Part shown: piece after piece, positions 62,101 to 64,000 of the stretch
Position numbering within the stretch: position 1 is the first letter of the stretch
Layout: every line of letters begins with the position of its first letter
From: Eledone cirrhosa
Taxonomy: Eukaryota
DNA: 64,000 nucleotides
Direction of reading: 5' to 3'
NCBI GenBank assembly: GCA_964016885.1
Contig: OZ024746.1
Location: forward strand, 17,918,001-17,982,000
Notes under the pieces: generated by a model
Told to the model about the DNA's origin: nothing
Seen by the model: only the letters and a program-made list of their open reading frames with translations
Database searches by the model: none
Translations under genes and position numbers: made by a program

Positions 62101-64000
62101 ATAAATTTGAAGACTAAAATCCAAAGAGGGCTCGATAAGAGATCCCGTTAACGGTGAAAGCAGCGATTTTTTGCTTAAACTTTAATCTGTTATTTTAATA
62201 TATATATATAAGTGCAAACATTTTAGACTGATGGTTTTAATTCTAAATTATCGATGTGAATTGGATCACACGACTAAAGCCAAATAGGAAAAGAAAACTC
62301 CCTTCATTTCTGATAATAAACTTAAGCGGATAGATACACGATCTTATACAAAGATATGGGCAAAATATTTCAATTACCCAAATCTGTCATGATTACGATT
62401 ATATTGTAATTGTCAAAAATCGGAATGTTTGAATTAAATAGAAGAATAATATATAAACAGGTGTCCGGGGAAAAAAAATGAGGTTTTGTATCAAATACGA
62501 AATAACTAATAATCATTTCGTATCTGGATATGTATCGTGTTATATATTTTTTCACTGTTCGATAAAGATGTCTAGTTTTGCAATGTGCAGTGTATTTAGT
62601 CGGATAGAGCTGAATATTTTATGGATATGCATTCGTTGCTTGTGTTAGTAAATTGCTTAACCATATTGGACCGATGACCCAGTAGCTGAGATAAAATTAC
62701 GTCGACACGTGAACTAGGACAGTGTGTAATAATTCTCCTCCAGATTCTTTTGCTTTCTCTGGATACACACACACACATATGCGCACATACTTGCATATAT
62801 ATATATATGCGAGTATATATATAGACATACACGCACATAGAACGATAATTATTAAACGATTGACAAATATATTAACAGTCATGTCATATCGAAGTAATTT
62901 AGAAATCTGATATGGAAAGAATTGAGTATTAATTAAAATTTATTTTTTAGCAATATTTTCTTGATGTAATCTCGATAAAAGTACATTTTTAGATATAAAC
63001 CGTATTGATTTCTGATGAAAACTTTCGTTCTGAACTTGCATAATCCACCACGATTAGATTACAGCCGATGTCTAGAATAATATTAATTGGATCTTTATCA
63101 AATCTTGTATCAGTTAAGGATAGTCTTTCGTTGTTTTAATGTTTGAAACTATCGATACACACTAAATTCAACATGACACTTCAAAATTCTCGTTGTTGCT
63201 AGTCATATATATGCTTTTAAAGAAGCTTCTTTATGTTGCATTTATTATACTGCCAACTTCAATTATGGTCTATATTTTTAAATACCTCAGTTAAGTAACC
63301 AAGCAGAAATTAACTACGTTAAATTTTTATAATGTATCGATTACATTCTACTTATATGTGGTTTGATGACCCCCCCCCCCCCCCACATGTATATAATATA
63401 TATATACACATACAATGCCCCGTGAAATGTCATTAATATATATTTACTGCAATGTATTGACTAGATGGTAAATGAGATGGAATTTTGTTCGTCTATAATA
63501 GCATGTTCTGTGATGGCGCGGTATCGTATTACTGGCGAATTGGCTGTTGTTGATTTATTAACGTATAAAAACTGTTGAAGATTGAGTTGCTTTTCACTGT
63601 ACTAATAGGAAGTTTCTGTTAAATATTTCCTGTGAGATGTTACACGATTTCCTCTCCAGTTATCTTGAAGTAGAGAGACTGCTCTCAGCTGAGCGACCCT
63701 CTCGTCCTGCTTGGAATAGTAATGAAAGAGGTAGAGGGGGGGAGGTTTTAAGAACTTCATTAATGTCCAACATGGCGACACTTTCAAATAGCAACTGAGC
63801 TAAGACAGTGTGTGAGATCAGTAGCGAGAACATCGTTCCTGCCTCCTTCTCTTCCTCCTCCGCTGTTTGCCAGCCTATCTGAATTAATAACTGCAGCGAG
63901 TTCTAGGACATTACTAGTACACCTGCTTCATTTCATTTCGTTTCATTCTGCTCTGCCGTCGTTAAGAATTGTCGTATATTTACACGAGTTCTCTCTAAAT

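Overview
This is AT-rich, repeat-dense animal genomic DNA. The tRNA-derived SINEs, RTE-type LINEs with (GAT)n tails and abundant microsatellites suggest an octopod cephalopod (inference). Two divergently transcribed genes are supported. The first is a complete 13-exon KLHDC4/Kel3-like gene on the minus strand (CDS 24352->7552, 593 aa, all introns GT-AG and phase-consistent, with a C-terminal DUF4110-like tail). The second is the first coding exon of a ZCCHC14/ZCCHC2-family gene on the plus strand (60594-61184). The rest is mostly LINE fragments (L1/Tx1, RTE, CR1/L2), SINEs, pogo/Tigger and hAT elements, MITEs (several nested) and minisatellites. The best leads are: (1) a dense cluster of IRF/ISRE-like motifs at 31.2-33.7 kb, including a phased triplet just upstream of a consensus splice donor and a minisatellite whose unit contains GGTTTCACTTT, which may form an immune-inducible distal promoter for the ZCCHC2/14-like gene; (2) a uORF in frame with the ZCCHC14-like CDS and separated from it only by one UGA-C stop, a candidate readthrough or A-to-I switch; (3) KLHDC4-ZCCHC14 linkage, also seen at human 16q24.2; (4) a PHD-like finger inside an RTE reverse transcriptase; (5) a 1-kb expanded LINE tail. 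No CRISPR array, rRNA or genuine tRNA gene was found. All identifications are by eye, without database searches.
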